Shown: positions 1 through 9,219, counted from the first letter of the stretch. The stretch: 64,000 bases of DNA from an uncultured bacterium (GCA_963708045.1 OY970181.1:195740-259739), one strand, 5' to 3'. The notes: a model not told the origin generated them from the sequence alone. Made by a program: numbers and translations.

Positions 1-198
1 CCCATCCGCGTTCACAAGCTCGGTTTTAAATGACGCGAGGCTTGGCGAAAGGTCGGGTGAACGCACCATAAGCGGCGCTTCTATTTCGGTAAATCCTTCC
101 AAAGCAAAAAAATCACGGATTGTTTCCATGATCTTTTTTCTAATTTCTATGTTGCGACGATATACTTCGTCGGTTTTATAGCGCTGCCAGGTATTCAC
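1..198 (-). CDS. class II aminoacyl-tRNA-synthetase-like protein (EpmA/LysRS/AsnRS-type catalytic core), N-terminal part only; gene runs off the window start
   Basis: The minus-strand translation ...NTWQRYKTDEVYRRNIEIRKKIMETIRDFFALEGFTEIEAPLMVRSPDL... matches the motif-1 region of class II aaRS. A possible GTG start lies at 196-198. The gene is co-directional with rpsR. Confidence 0.4.
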   Translation of the reverse strand, partial: MNTWQRYKTDEVYRRNIEIRKKIMETIRDFFALEGFTEIEAPLMVRSPDLSPSLASFKTELVNADG

Positions 199-199
199 A

Positions 200-270
200 A
201 CGGGGTTTTAACTTTTAACTGTTAACTATTAAGTGACGTAGGCCTAAAAGTTAAAAGTTCACAGTTAAAA
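200..270. repeat. hairpin-forming inverted repeat of the 'agttaaaagtt' intergenic repeat family
   Basis: aacttttaactgttaac...aaaagttaaaagttcacagttaaaagtt. The same motif family recurs at 58430-58465. Confidence 0.6.
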
Positions 271-272
271 GT

Positions 273-497
273 TTATTGATTAACCACAAACGGCATGAGA
301 CCAGTAACGCGCGCGCGCTTAATGGCGGTCGCGAGTTTACGCTGGTGCCAAGCGCAGACGCCAGAGCGGCGGCGTGGCATAATTTTGCCGTACGACGAAA
401 CAAACCGGCGCAGCGTCGGCGTTTCTTTGTAGTCAATCGCGTTCTGGTTATTGGCGCAGAACGGACAAATATCAAATTTTGGTTTTCTTTCGGCCAT
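273..497 (-). CDS. rpsR: 30S ribosomal protein S18
   Basis: 74 aa with [26 protein letters not shown], the S18 signature. It is the last gene of an rpsF-ssb-rpsR arrangement. Confidence 0.85.
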   Translation of the reverse strand: MAERKPKFDICPFCANNQNAIDYKETPTLRRFVSSYGKIMPRRRSGVCAWHQRKLATAIKRARVTGLMPFVVNQ

Positions 498-534
498 CTT
501 TTTAGGGGTTAGCGTTTAGGGTATAGAGTTTAGT

Positions 535-990
535 TTAGAAAGGAATGTCTTCAACTTTTATTTCGTCGTCCGGTGAATTGGTTTTTGGTGGTTGGTTGTG
601 CTGTTCATCCTCAGCTGATACAGCAGGCCCAGTGCGCGGCGTAAAGTTATTAGTGCCTTCGGGTGCGCGGTCAAGCATGATCACATTCTCGGCAACAATT
701 TCGGTGCGGTATCGCTTAACGCCGTCCTGCCCTTCCCAATCACGCGTTTGCAAACGGCCTTCGGCGTAAACCTTGCGTCCTTTTCCTAAGTATTGCTGGC
801 AAATTTCGGCGAGCTTGCCCCAAGCGACAATGTTGTGATACTCGGTCTTTTCTTGGCGAACGCCAGCGGCGTCTTTCCAAAAATGCGACGTCGCGACGCT
901 AAAATTGGCAACCGTTTGACCGTTCGGTGTGGTGCGAGTTTCTGGGTCGCGGGTCAAGTTTCCAATAATCGTGGCGCGATTGAGATTCAT
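535..990 (-). CDS. ssb: single-stranded DNA-binding protein
   Basis: MNLNRATIIGNLTRDPETRTTPNGQTVANFSVAT... is an OB-fold SSB N-terminus with an acidic C-terminal tail (DDEIKVEDIPF). It lies between rpsF and rpsR. Confidence 0.85.
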   Translation of the reverse strand: MNLNRATIIGNLTRDPETRTTPNGQTVANFSVATSHFWKDAAGVRQEKTEYHNIVAWGKLAEICQQYLGKGRKVYAEGRLQTRDWEGQDGVKRYRTEIVAENVIMLDRAPEGTNNFTPRTGPAVSAEDEQHNQPPKTNSPDDEIKVEDIPF

Positions 991-1079
991 ACTTGATTAG
1001 AGATTTGAGATTTGAGATTAGAATGAAGAAGTTGGTCGTCCGTCTTCTAACATCAAATCTCTAATCTCTTTATCTTTAT

Positions 1080-1535
1080 TTACAATTCTTTAGTAATATC
1101 TTCTTCAAGCGCAGAAAGCTTTTTGTCTATTTCTTCTTGAGTCAAAGCTGGCGCGGAAACGGTCGGCTTGGAAGAAACGGAAACAGCCACTGGTTCGCGG
1201 CGCTCATAGCGCGCTTCAGGATCAGCCAGTTTGCCAAAAGGCTTGGCACCGACGTCGGGTTTGGTAATTTGAAAGCGCAGAACATCATTTCGCAAGCTAA
1301 AGAAGCGATTTACTTTTTCCAAAATCGTCGGTTCGGCATCAAATTCAACAAAAATATAATGCCCGTGACGGATGTGCTGCATTGGATAAGCAAGTTTGAT
1401 TTTTCCGACATCTTCATTGCGCCCAAGCTTGAGGCCAAGGGCAGTGAGTTCGGCGGAAATCACGTCTTTAAGAGCCGACGTTTCTTCGTCGGTCTGTTTC
1501 GCGGGTAAGGTATAGAGTAGTTCGTATTTGGCCAT
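1080..1535 (-). CDS. rpsF: 30S ribosomal protein S6
   Basis: The start is trimmed to MAKYELLYTL. The ...KLAYPMQHIRHGHYIFVEFDA... region is S6-like. Confidence 0.8.
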   Translation of the reverse strand: MAKYELLYTLPAKQTDEETSALKDVISAELTALGLKLGRNEDVGKIKLAYPMQHIRHGHYIFVEFDAEPTILEKVNRFFSLRNDVLRFQITKPDVGAKPFGKLADPEARYERREPVAVSVSSKPTVSAPALTQEEIDKKLSALEEDITKEL

Positions 1536-1591
1536 ATTGTCCGCATAAAGTATCATACCCTTATCAACATTGCAAGTCCGAGCAAATAGCA

Positions 1592-1632
1592 TCGTTCCGA
1601 ATACCTAATATCTAATGTCTAATGTCTAATCC
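1592..1632. repeat. 'ctaatgtctaat' short-motif repeat (left inverted copy flanking the 4HB gene)
   Basis: cgaatacctaatatctaatgtctaatgtctaat. An identical 26-mer occurs at 3236-3262. Confidence 0.6.
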
Positions 1633-1984
1633 GGATAAATTCAATCTGAATGAAAGAACAGCTATTTTTGGCGAAAAAATTATTGATTTTGCGCAAACGA
1701 TTCCAAAAACGGCCGTTACTTTTCCTTTGATTAATCAATTTATAAGATCAGGAACAAGTGTTGGCGCTAATTACTGCGAAGCCGACCACGCCGAGACACA
1801 TAAAGATTTTGAACACAAATTAGGTATTTGTAAAAAAGAAGCTAGCGAGACACAATATTGGTTAAGAATTCTGGTTCGAGCCATGCCGAGCTTAAAACCC
1901 CAAGCTGTGATACTTTGGAAAGAGGCGGACGAGTTAAGACGAATATTCATCGCCAGCATAAGAACATCGCAGAAATCGGATTAG
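1622..1984 (+). CDS. four-helix-bundle protein (23S rRNA intervening-sequence protein family)
   Basis: 120 aa with ...SGTSVGANYCEADHAETHKDFEHKLGICKKEASETQYWLRIL..., typical of the 4HB / 23S-IVS family. The gene is bracketed by inverted copies of the ctaatgtctaat repeat. Confidence 0.65.
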   Translation: MSNPDKFNLNERTAIFGEKIIDFAQTIPKTAVTFPLINQFIRSGTSVGANYCEADHAETHKDFEHKLGICKKEASETQYWLRILVRAMPSLKPQAVILWKEADELRRIFIASIRTSQKSD

Positions 1985-2040
1985 ATATTAGGTATTAGAC
2001 ATTAGATATTAGTCATTCAACATTAGACATTAGTCATTAT
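1981..2040. repeat. 'tagacattag' short-motif repeat (right inverted copy)
   Basis: attagatattaggtattagacattagatattagtcattcaacattagacattagtcatt is the reverse complement of the 1592-1632 motif. Confidence 0.6.
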
Positions 2041-3234
2041 ATGAAATACATCTTCATCTTAGGTCGTGAGCCGGCGCTCTCAATTGCGGAAATAATGCGC
2101 GCTGTGCCAAACGTGGAAATAATAAACGTTTCAACCGAAACCGCGGTTTTGGAGTGCGAGCCGCTGACGCCGGGATTTTTAAATATGCTCGGCGGCACGA
2201 TAAAAATTGCCGAGGTCGTTTCAGAATTTAACGATGCGGCCGCGCTTAACGAAGAAATTTTACGCGCCGCGATTCCGCCGCGCGATGGCCGAATTATTTT
2301 TGGCCTTTCGGCGTACGGACATTTTTCGGGAATGGAACGACGGGCCATGTATATGGCTGGACTGGCCTTAAAAAAATTAATTAAGGCCGAGGGGCGACGG
2401 TGCCGGCTCGTTGTTTCGCGCGAAACTCAGTTGTCTTCGGTTGTGGTTACAAAAAATAAATTAATTGAAGAGGGTGCGGAATTTATCATCGTAAAAAATA
2501 AACAAAAAGTTACGCTTGGACGAACGATCGCGATTCAAGAATTTGAAGCCTACGGCGAACGCGACTTTGACCGACCCGGCCGCTCGGCGCGCCGCGGAAT
2601 GTTGCCGCCAAAGCTCGCGCAAATGATGATCAATATTGCCAGCGCAAACAACGAATCGCTTTTGGATCCGTTTTGCGGCTCGGGCACGGTCTTGGGCGAA
2701 GCTTTGCTAATGGGTTTTAGAAAAGTAGTCGGTGCCGACCTAAGCGAAGAAGCGGCGCACGACTCGGTCGCCTATTTAAAATGGCTGGAAGAAAAACATA
2801 ATGAGTTTCGCGGACGCTGGCGCGTTACCACGGCCGACGCGCGACTGGCTGACAAAGTTTTTTCTGATGAAAAATTTAATGCCGTTGTTGCTGAACCGTT
2901 TTTAGGCCCGCCGCAAAAAGGCAGCGAGACACACGATCAACTTTTTAAAATGATGACAAACGAACTAGTGCCGCTTTATGCCGGTGCCCTCGCCGCGACT
3001 CAAAAAATTTTAGCCGTGGACGGAACCGCAGTTTTTGCTTTTCCAGTTTTTGGCAAAAACCAAAACCGAATTTTTGTGCCACTAGAAAAAATTTCGGCGG
3101 GATTTGAAGTTGTCCCGCTTATTCCGCAAATGCTTGAAAAGGACGGCCTCTTTCTTACGCCAAACAACGGCTGTCTTTACGAACGCCCCAACCAACTACT
3201 TGGCCGCGAGATTGTTTTATTAAAGAAGATTTAA
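2041..3234 (+). CDS. putative SAM-dependent RNA methyltransferase (UPF0020/Trm11/RlmL-like) with N-terminal extension
   Basis: Motif I LLDPFCGSGTVLGEA, and an EPFLGPP motif in the position of the (D/N)PP(F/Y) catalytic motif. 397 aa. Confidence 0.5.
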   Translation: MKYIFILGREPALSIAEIMRAVPNVEIINVSTETAVLECEPLTPGFLNMLGGTIKIAEVVSEFNDAAALNEEILRAAIPPRDGRIIFGLSAYGHFSGMERRAMYMAGLALKKLIKAEGRRCRLVVSRETQLSSVVVTKNKLIEEGAEFIIVKNKQKVTLGRTIAIQEFEAYGERDFDRPGRSARRGMLPPKLAQMMINIASANNESLLDPFCGSGTVLGEALLMGFRKVVGADLSEEAAHDSVAYLKWLEEKHNEFRGRWRVTTADARLADKVFSDEKFNAVVAEPFLGPPQKGSETHDQLFKMMTNELVPLYAGALAATQKILAVDGTAVFAFPVFGKNQNRIFVPLEKISAGFEVVPLIPQMLEKDGLFLTPNNGCLYERPNQLLGREIVLLKKI

Positions 3235-3352
3235 ACGAATACCTAATATCTAATGTCTAATTTCTTCCGCCCATCTCCCGCTCCGGCGGGATTGGGCGGA
3301 TCCGCTCAACCGCCCACGCGGTAGCGATGGGTGGGATGAGCGGAAATCCGTT

Positions 3353-3458
3353 GGCGTCATCCCGAGGAGCCGAAGCGATGAGGGAACTCAAAGTCTCTAA
3401 ACCAGCTACGAGATTCCTCGCTCTGGACAAAACGACCGTACGAGCTCGGAATGACGCC
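3353..3458. repeat. MITE-like palindromic element, copy A (short form)
   Basis: ggcgtcatcccgaggagccgaagcgatgagggaactcaaagtctctaaa...gagctcggaatgacgcc. Terminal inverted repeats ggcgtcatyccgag / ctcggaatgacgcc. Other copies at 29913, 34480 (inverted) and 49222. Confidence 0.7.
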
Positions 3459-3517
3459 TATAAAAAGAGAGCCGCCACATATTCTGTGCACGGCTCTTTT
3501 GTAACGTTCTTACACTG

Positions 3518-4759
3518 TCAGTCTCCGTGAAGATTCTCTGCCTCAGTTACGGTATCATCTTGCATTATCTCAACTGGAGACTCATCCTCAACCGACGGTG
3601 GCGGTGGTGGGGCAGACGGGCAGTTCACCAACCTAAGCGCTTGCGCGTCATACTTTCCACTCGCTATAAACTGACTAACCCTTTCTTCTACAATCGGTCG
3701 CCTTCTTGATTCACACTTACTGAGGTGTTCACCATTTCTCACCATCGTGCGCAGTCGCCCAACTTCAACCACATCTGGCAAATACCTTCCGAGAGTGTTT
3801 TCATCTGCAATGTACCGATTACCCGCCAGAACACCAGCAACCGCCGCTTCCCTCTTTTGAACCCAGTAGTCCGAAGTAGTGTCGCATCCGGGAATGGAAA
3901 CGGGGGTGGGCTTTTTTTCTATCGCGTTTTTGATCCGCTCTTTTAACGCTTCCACTTTCGTTTTTCCACACTCGCTAACCGTGTCTTTGGAAAGAATGAG
4001 CCTGATCCTTTCAGCGTCGCTGTGAATCCGACCCAGAAACTTTCTGTCTCCTTTGTATTCTTTACCTTCAATCACTCGCGCCACGGCGGCTTCTTTGTCT
4101 TGCGCAATACTGTAGTCGCTCTTCAAAAGATCAACAATGGACATATTGCTGCCATAATGGGATCTAGCCATAGCAACGACAACAATGACGGATATATAGA
4201 ACATTTTGCCGACAGCAATGGCGATGGCATAGTTTGATGCCAAGCTGATCGTACCGCAAAACAATACGAACGACAGAAGCAAGACGAGATCGTTTGTGAC
4301 ACCGAGCGGATATTCCATCTCAAGCGCCAAAGAAGCGCCCATTCCAAGAACCAGCCAGAATGCCGCGCCCAAACCTCTTATCAATGCCTTTTTCAAGTCT
4401 ACATCTTCGTCGTTTCGCGAGTTGCGCGAAGCATACCGAGGATACAAGCTAGCGAATTTTCCAAAGCCCAATTGGAAACGGATGATCAAGAAACAACCCG
4501 CGACGCAAGTAATCCCCCCGTAGCACAACAATCTTCCCACGAATTTAGCAGATCGCACGACCTCGGCATAATTGTCCAAAGAAAGAAAGTTATTGTTCGC
4601 ATACCTTGTTCCAAACATGAACAATAAAAATCCAGCGACAATGCTGAGTACCCCTGCAAAAAGCGCTGTCTCGGCAAAATTATACAATTCTCCGCCGGAG
4701 ACACCCGACTTTTCGTCGGAAAAATTGTTAACAAACATTTGATACAACCTTGTGAACAT
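3518..4759 (-). CDS. hypothetical membrane protein (about 5 TM helices N-terminal, ~170-aa soluble C-terminal domain with a PPPPP/acidic tail)
   Basis: Long ORF. Hydrophobic segments are ALFAGVLSIVAGFLLFMFG, LLCYGGITCVAGCFLII, LGAAFWLVLGMGASLAL, LVLLLSFVLFCGTISLA and MFYISVIVVVAMA. No recognisable family. Flanked by MITE copy A. Confidence 0.5.
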   Translation of the reverse strand: MFTRLYQMFVNNFSDEKSGVSGGELYNFAETALFAGVLSIVAGFLLFMFGTRYANNNFLSLDNYAEVVRSAKFVGRLLCYGGITCVAGCFLIIRFQLGFGKFASLYPRYASRNSRNDEDVDLKKALIRGLGAAFWLVLGMGASLALEMEYPLGVTNDLVLLLSFVLFCGTISLASNYAIAIAVGKMFYISVIVVVAMARSHYGSNMSIVDLLKSDYSIAQDKEAAVARVIEGKEYKGDRKFLGRIHSDAERIRLILSKDTVSECGKTKVEALKERIKNAIEKKPTPVSIPGCDTTSDYWVQKREAAVAGVLAGNRYIADENTLGRYLPDVVEVGRLRTMVRNGEHLSKCESRRRPIVEERVSQFIASGKYDAQALRLVNCPSAPPPPPSVEDESPVEIMQDDTVTEAENLHGD

Positions 4760-5006
4760 GGTGTCCTCCTTCTTCTAACCTGATTGTCAGCGGACTACTA
4801 CCCAAACAATTCCACTTTCGTAAAGTTGCCCAATCGGTGGCAACACTAGAATGTATATAAATAACGGGAATAAGTCAAGAATATCATCACACGTCGTCAT
4901 TGCGAGCGACCAAATAGTGGATAGAGAAATTATTTTGATAAAAATGTTTAAAAAACTCGTAACCCCTCCTACCTCCCCTTACCCTAAGGGGAGGAAAAGA
5001 TTCTTT

Positions 5007-5042
5007 CCCTCCCTTAAAGTAAGGGAGGGTAGGGTGGGTTAT
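5007..5042. repeat. 36-bp palindromic repeat 'ccctcccttaaRgtaagggagg...gggtgggttat' (intergenic copy)
   Basis: A near-identical copy lies inside polA at 36399-36434. A second hairpin, ccccttaccctaaggggagg, sits at 4976-4995. Confidence 0.7.
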
Positions 5043-5167
5043 CGGCGAAGTGATTATTTCGGACTAAAAAAAGAGGACTCAGAACTACCATCTTTTAAAG
5101 AAAACACCGTCTCCGAAAACTGGAGACGGTGTTTTCTATTTGCCATATACCAAGCGCCACGCGCCAA

Positions 5168-6244
5168 TTAAACCCCAACTCTAAAATTGCACACGTCGCC
5201 TTCTTGCATAATGTAATCCTTGCCTTCGGTGCGCATTAGGCCTTTGTCGCGGCAGCCGGATTCGCCGTATGCTAAAAAATCTTTCCAATTAATAACCTCG
5301 GCGCGAATAAACGCTTTTTCAAAATCAGTGTGAATGACGCCGGCGGCTTGCGGTGCCTTGCTCCCCTTCTTAATCGTCCAAGCGCGTGTTTCGTCTTCGC
5401 CGGTTGTTAAAAATGTCATTAGCCCGAGCGTGTCATAGCCAACGCGAATGAGTTGGTCTAGTCCGCTTTCTTTAAGACCAAGATCGGTGAGCATTGTTTT
5501 TGATTCGTCAGCTGAAAGTTCGGAAAGTTCGGCTTCTAGTTTGGCGCAAACCGGAAGACGCGGCGAAAGATCGGTAATGCCGTCGTTCCACGAACCGTCT
5601 TTTATTTGCTCTTCGTCGCAGTTAACGACATAAAGCATCGGCTTGGCCGTAAGCAGTTGGGCGGCTTTTAAAAACGGCGCTTCGTCTTCGGTTACTTCAA
5701 CACTTCGCGCGGGTTTGCCAGCAGAAAGAGCGGTGTGTAATTTTTCTAAAAGCGGAATTTCAATTTCTAAGTCGCGATTAGTGCCGGCGCGCAATTTGCT
5801 TTTGAGTGAATCCAATTTGCGGCCGACCGATTCCAGATCAGCGATGGCCAGTTCGGTCATAATGACTTCAACGTCGTCGTGCGGGTCAACGCGATTGGCA
5901 ACGTGAATAATGTTTGGATCTTTAAATGCGCGCACAACCATCGCAATTGCGTCAGTTTCCCTTATGTTTGCAAGAAACTTGTTTCCCAAGCCTTCACCTT
6001 TGCTTGCGCCGGCGACGAGGCCGGCGATATCCAAAAATTCAACCGTCGCATGGATGATCTTTTTTGAGTGCGATTTTTCCGCAAGCAGTTCCAACCGCTC
6101 GTCCGGCACTTCAACCACGCCGACGTTCGGGTCAATTGTCGCAAACGGATAATTAGCCGCCAAAACTTGTTTGCGGGTGAGTGCCGTGAATAAAGTTGAC
6201 TTACCGACGTTCGGAAGTCCGACGATGCCGATTTGAAGAGACAC
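5168..6244 (-). CDS. ychF: ribosome-binding ATPase YchF
   Basis: MSLQIGIVGLPNVGKSTLFTALT... P-loop, with a TGS-like C-terminus. 358 aa. Confidence 0.9.
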   Translation of the reverse strand: MSLQIGIVGLPNVGKSTLFTALTRKQVLAANYPFATIDPNVGVVEVPDERLELLAEKSHSKKIIHATVEFLDIAGLVAGASKGEGLGNKFLANIRETDAIAMVVRAFKDPNIIHVANRVDPHDDVEVIMTELAIADLESVGRKLDSLKSKLRAGTNRDLEIEIPLLEKLHTALSAGKPARSVEVTEDEAPFLKAAQLLTAKPMLYVVNCDEEQIKDGSWNDGITDLSPRLPVCAKLEAELSELSADESKTMLTDLGLKESGLDQLIRVGYDTLGLMTFLTTGEDETRAWTIKKGSKAPQAAGVIHTDFEKAFIRAEVINWKDFLAYGESGCRDKGLMRTEGKDYIMQEGDVCNFRVGV

Positions 6245-6375
6245 TTTGTTTGAAAGTTAAAGATTAGACGTTGAGGTAAGAATAAGGGGTTTGAATGATT
6301 TTGTAAACAAAAGAAAAAACGGGCCACGGAGCGGACACATGATGTGTCGCGCCGTGGCCCGCCGAAGCTGGTACG

Positions 6376-7620
6376 CTACCGTCTTGCCAGATCGTCGTCA
6401 AAAAGCGGACGCCAGTCACCGCTCGTCGGCTCATAGACCAACAAGTTGTGCCGCTGATCCTCGGCGCAGAGGTTGTTCATCTCGATGAAGCGTGTTGAAT
6501 CATCGGGGTCTATCCCGGCGCGTATCCGTTCCTCGCTCGTGTCCATCCCAGAAATCCACCTGACCGGGCCGGCGTTCTGTAGATAGATCGGGGCATCAAA
6601 GACATACTCGGAACCGCACATAGTCGGAACGAAAGTCCAGCCCCAGCAACTCCCCTTGCCCCCGCGCTCTATGACGCAAGTCGTTGTACCTGATCCGCCG
6701 ACGATAATTTCCGCCTCAGTTATCCCATTGACCGTCTCAACCAAGGGCTCACATGACGACCAGTACAAATCGTCATCGGCTGATCGCTCGGAGAAGAATC
6801 TCCGCGTTGTCCAGCGCCACACCGTCCCATCGCGCAAGACAGCATTGAAGATAGCGGCGTCAGCACTTATGTCTCTTACAGGCCCGATACCTGGAACCGT
6901 AATCGGCGGATAGGCGTATGGCTTGTCCGGACCCAAATACGGCTTTTCGCAAACAGCAGGGTCGCAATCCGGATCAAGATCCGGCGTCCACTCAACCGCC
7001 CGAGCGCACGTGACCTGTCCGTTTCCGAGCAGCGCGCAGACTGCGCCGTTATTAACTGCAATCTTCTCCGCGCCGACGATTCCCGGAACAATCTTCGGTG
7101 TCAACCGATACCAATCATGCGGATGGTCAAACATGAATCCCCAGCAGCGAACATCGCCTTCCTCAGAAAGTGCACAGTACGTCTTGTCGCCGAAGGCGAG
7201 CTGGAGCGTACCGTTGAGTTCAGATACACGAAAAGGTTCGCTCTGATACGACATGCCAAAAAGTTCGTCGTCTACCCAGGTGCCAACACCGCCCGCATAC
7301 GACCAACAGCTGACCCAAGAATCTGCTCCCGCCTCCCAACTTAAACGTTCTTGAGCGCAAACCATATCACGCCCAACATGGATGTCGTAGGCATGATTCA
7401 CGCCATTAACCGTCACGGCATTTGAACGATCAATCCAGCAGTCACGGCATTCGTGATCAAGGCGACCCCAGCACTTCACCCTGCCGTCCTGAAGCACCGC
7501 GCAGGAGACGAAGTCGGTTTGGCTCACCCGGAGGTTGCGGTTGTGGTTGAGCGCGGCCGAGGCCGAACTTACGAATAAAAGAACAAAAACGATGGATGCT
7601 ACGAACGACAATGGTTTCAT
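6376..7620 (-). CDS. secreted RCC1-repeat (beta-propeller) protein
   Basis: Signal peptide MKPLSFVASIVFVLLFVSSASA. The repeated motifs CAVLQDGRVKCWG, YCALSEEGDVRCWG, VCALLGNGQVTCA and NAVLRDGTVWRW are typical of RCC1 blades. The gene is markedly GC-richer than its neighbours. Confidence 0.55.
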   Translation of the reverse strand: MKPLSFVASIVFVLLFVSSASAALNHNRNLRVSQTDFVSCAVLQDGRVKCWGRLDHECRDCWIDRSNAVTVNGVNHAYDIHVGRDMVCAQERLSWEAGADSWVSCWSYAGGVGTWVDDELFGMSYQSEPFRVSELNGTLQLAFGDKTYCALSEEGDVRCWGFMFDHPHDWYRLTPKIVPGIVGAEKIAVNNGAVCALLGNGQVTCARAVEWTPDLDPDCDPAVCEKPYLGPDKPYAYPPITVPGIGPVRDISADAAIFNAVLRDGTVWRWTTRRFFSERSADDDLYWSSCEPLVETVNGITEAEIIVGGSGTTTCVIERGGKGSCWGWTFVPTMCGSEYVFDAPIYLQNAGPVRWISGMDTSEERIRAGIDPDDSTRFIEMNNLCAEDQRHNLLVYEPTSGDWRPLFDDDLARR

Positions 7621-7949
7621 GATGATGATCCCCTTTTCTTGTTTGTGGCGACTTATGAAATGTCAGAGAGCGATGGGGCAAAGTACCCCAAAATCGCATA
7701 TTTGTCAAGATTATCAAGCCGCTTGTTCCTTCCTCGGTATCAAATGATAATCTTTCCACCTTCATCTCTATCTATGATCATACAATCATGGCGGGGTAGA
7801 GGAAGAACAATCACGAAATTAAATGGCATGCGATGTCCCGATTTGTAGAGACATAAATTTAGGGTCTAGGGTATAGGGTTTAGTCGATGCTGTAAATATG
7901 GTAGTCTTAAATACTAATCTCTAAACTCTAATTTTTAACCCCTATAAAT

Positions 7950-8258
7950 ATGTCCGTAAAACGCGTTGTTAAAGGTTTTGCTATGGGCGCAGCCTTGGGC
8001 GCCATTGCTGGAATTTTGTTTGCCCCAAAAACTGGCAAGCAAACGCAAAAAATTTTAAAAAGCAAAGCTCACGAAATAAAAGGAATGGTCGCGACCAAAG
8101 CTGCCGAACTTAAAAAACTTTCCGAGGAAGCCTATGTAAAACTGGTTGACGAAGCGATAATGTTTGCTAAACAAAAAAAGATGACCGAAAAAGAGATTGT
8201 CGCGCTTAAAAAAGATTTGCTCGCGCGATATAAAGATTTGAAAAAGAAAATTAAATAG
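7950..8258 (+). CDS. YtxH-domain (DUF948) protein
   Basis: GFAMGAALGAIAGILFAPKTGKQTQ signature followed by a coiled-coil/lysine-rich tail. 102 aa. Confidence 0.6.
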   Translation: MSVKRVVKGFAMGAALGAIAGILFAPKTGKQTQKILKSKAHEIKGMVATKAAELKKLSEEAYVKLVDEAIMFAKQKKMTEKEIVALKKDLLARYKDLKKKIK

Positions 8259-8261
8259 CTA

Positions 8262-8300
8262 TCAAAATCCCCGCCCTGATTTACATTAGGGCGGGGATTT
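8262..8300 (+). terminator. rho-independent terminator
   Basis: aaaatccccgccctgatttacattagggcggggatttt followed by a T-run. Confidence 0.75.
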
Positions 8301-9169
8301 TATTTTATATAGAAAACCGGAGGTTATTTTCAAAGTGCGTTCACCTTGATAACCTCCGGTCCGAGCTCTTGCCCGAAATGGCTTTGGCTAGCTCGTGGAC
8401 GTGGAGCGATGACTTGCGCTGGTGGTGGTCGTGTTCGTCGTCATTGTGGAACCGCGTATGTGGCCGTGTCTCATGATTGGTCTCCTTCGGACAAATCGTT
8501 ACCTACAACTCTGTGCAGATCGTTTGTCCAAAATCAATATAACAAATAATGCTTTGGAGCGAAATAGCATCTATCCACAATTTAAAAACCGGAGCGGATC
8601 ATAGTGGCGTAGCCCACGTTTGATCCGTCCGGCTTTCTCTGACCGTCCGTTTAGACAGTCTGTTGTTTGTTTCGCTTAACTACCGCGAAAGCGCGCTTTC
8701 TGCACGGACTCGTCCGTGCTCGCTGGACACACCGTTCAGCTCCTGTTGCGGCTTGGGGTGATGCGTGCTTCGCTGGCGTCAATGAGCGTGACACACACTG
8801 CGAATACGCGTTGACAGATTTGGCCGTCGTGGTCAATCGTCATACTCGTCGGTCGTCCTCGGGACTTCGTCATCGGTATCCTCCTTGGGTTATGCTTTAG
8901 CACAAACGGCCACAGCTGCACCGTTCGTACTTGGCAATACAAATATACCAAAAATACTTTTCTTGGCAAGTCCGCACAACACAACCCAAAGCAGTCCACG
9001 ATCAACAAATTTTCTTAACAACTATTTCTTCCTACTTTTACCGATCGGTAAAAGTAGGAAGAAATAGGACAAGTTTGGTCGAGGCGAAACCTCAACCAAA
9101 ACAACCCCAAAGCATCTCAACAAGTTTTTTAGTATTTGATATATTCATAACTCGGCAAGCGCCGCGTTT

Positions 9170-9219
9170 GGGCCCATAGTAAAGTGGCATTACGGTCCGA
9201 TGGACATCGGACAGGTTCG
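9170..9219 (+). pseudogene. tRNA-like 5' fragment (acceptor 5' strand + D-arm + 18-nt palindrome replacing the anticodon arm + aggttcg)
   Basis: gggcccatagtaaagtggcattacg is identical to positions 1-25 of the downstream tRNA-Ala. It is followed by gtccgatggacatcggac and aggttcg. The GIY-YIG GTG start overlaps its last 1 nt (9219). Confidence 0.6.

Noticed and set aside
3327-3530. 67-aa ORF MGGMSGNPLASSRGAEAMRELKVSKPATRF...
   Set aside because: It lies entirely within MITE copy A and its GC-rich leader. The same 'translation' appears at other MITE copies.
4851-5171. 106-aa ORF in the gap between the membrane protein and ychF
   Set aside because: It overlaps two hairpin repeats. It is low-complexity (KKLVTPPTSPYPKGRKRF) and has no start context. 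Treated as non-coding.
5448-6327. Plus- and minus-strand ORFs of 60-120 aa inside and around ychF
   Set aside because: They are antisense or overlapping with the well-supported ychF frame.
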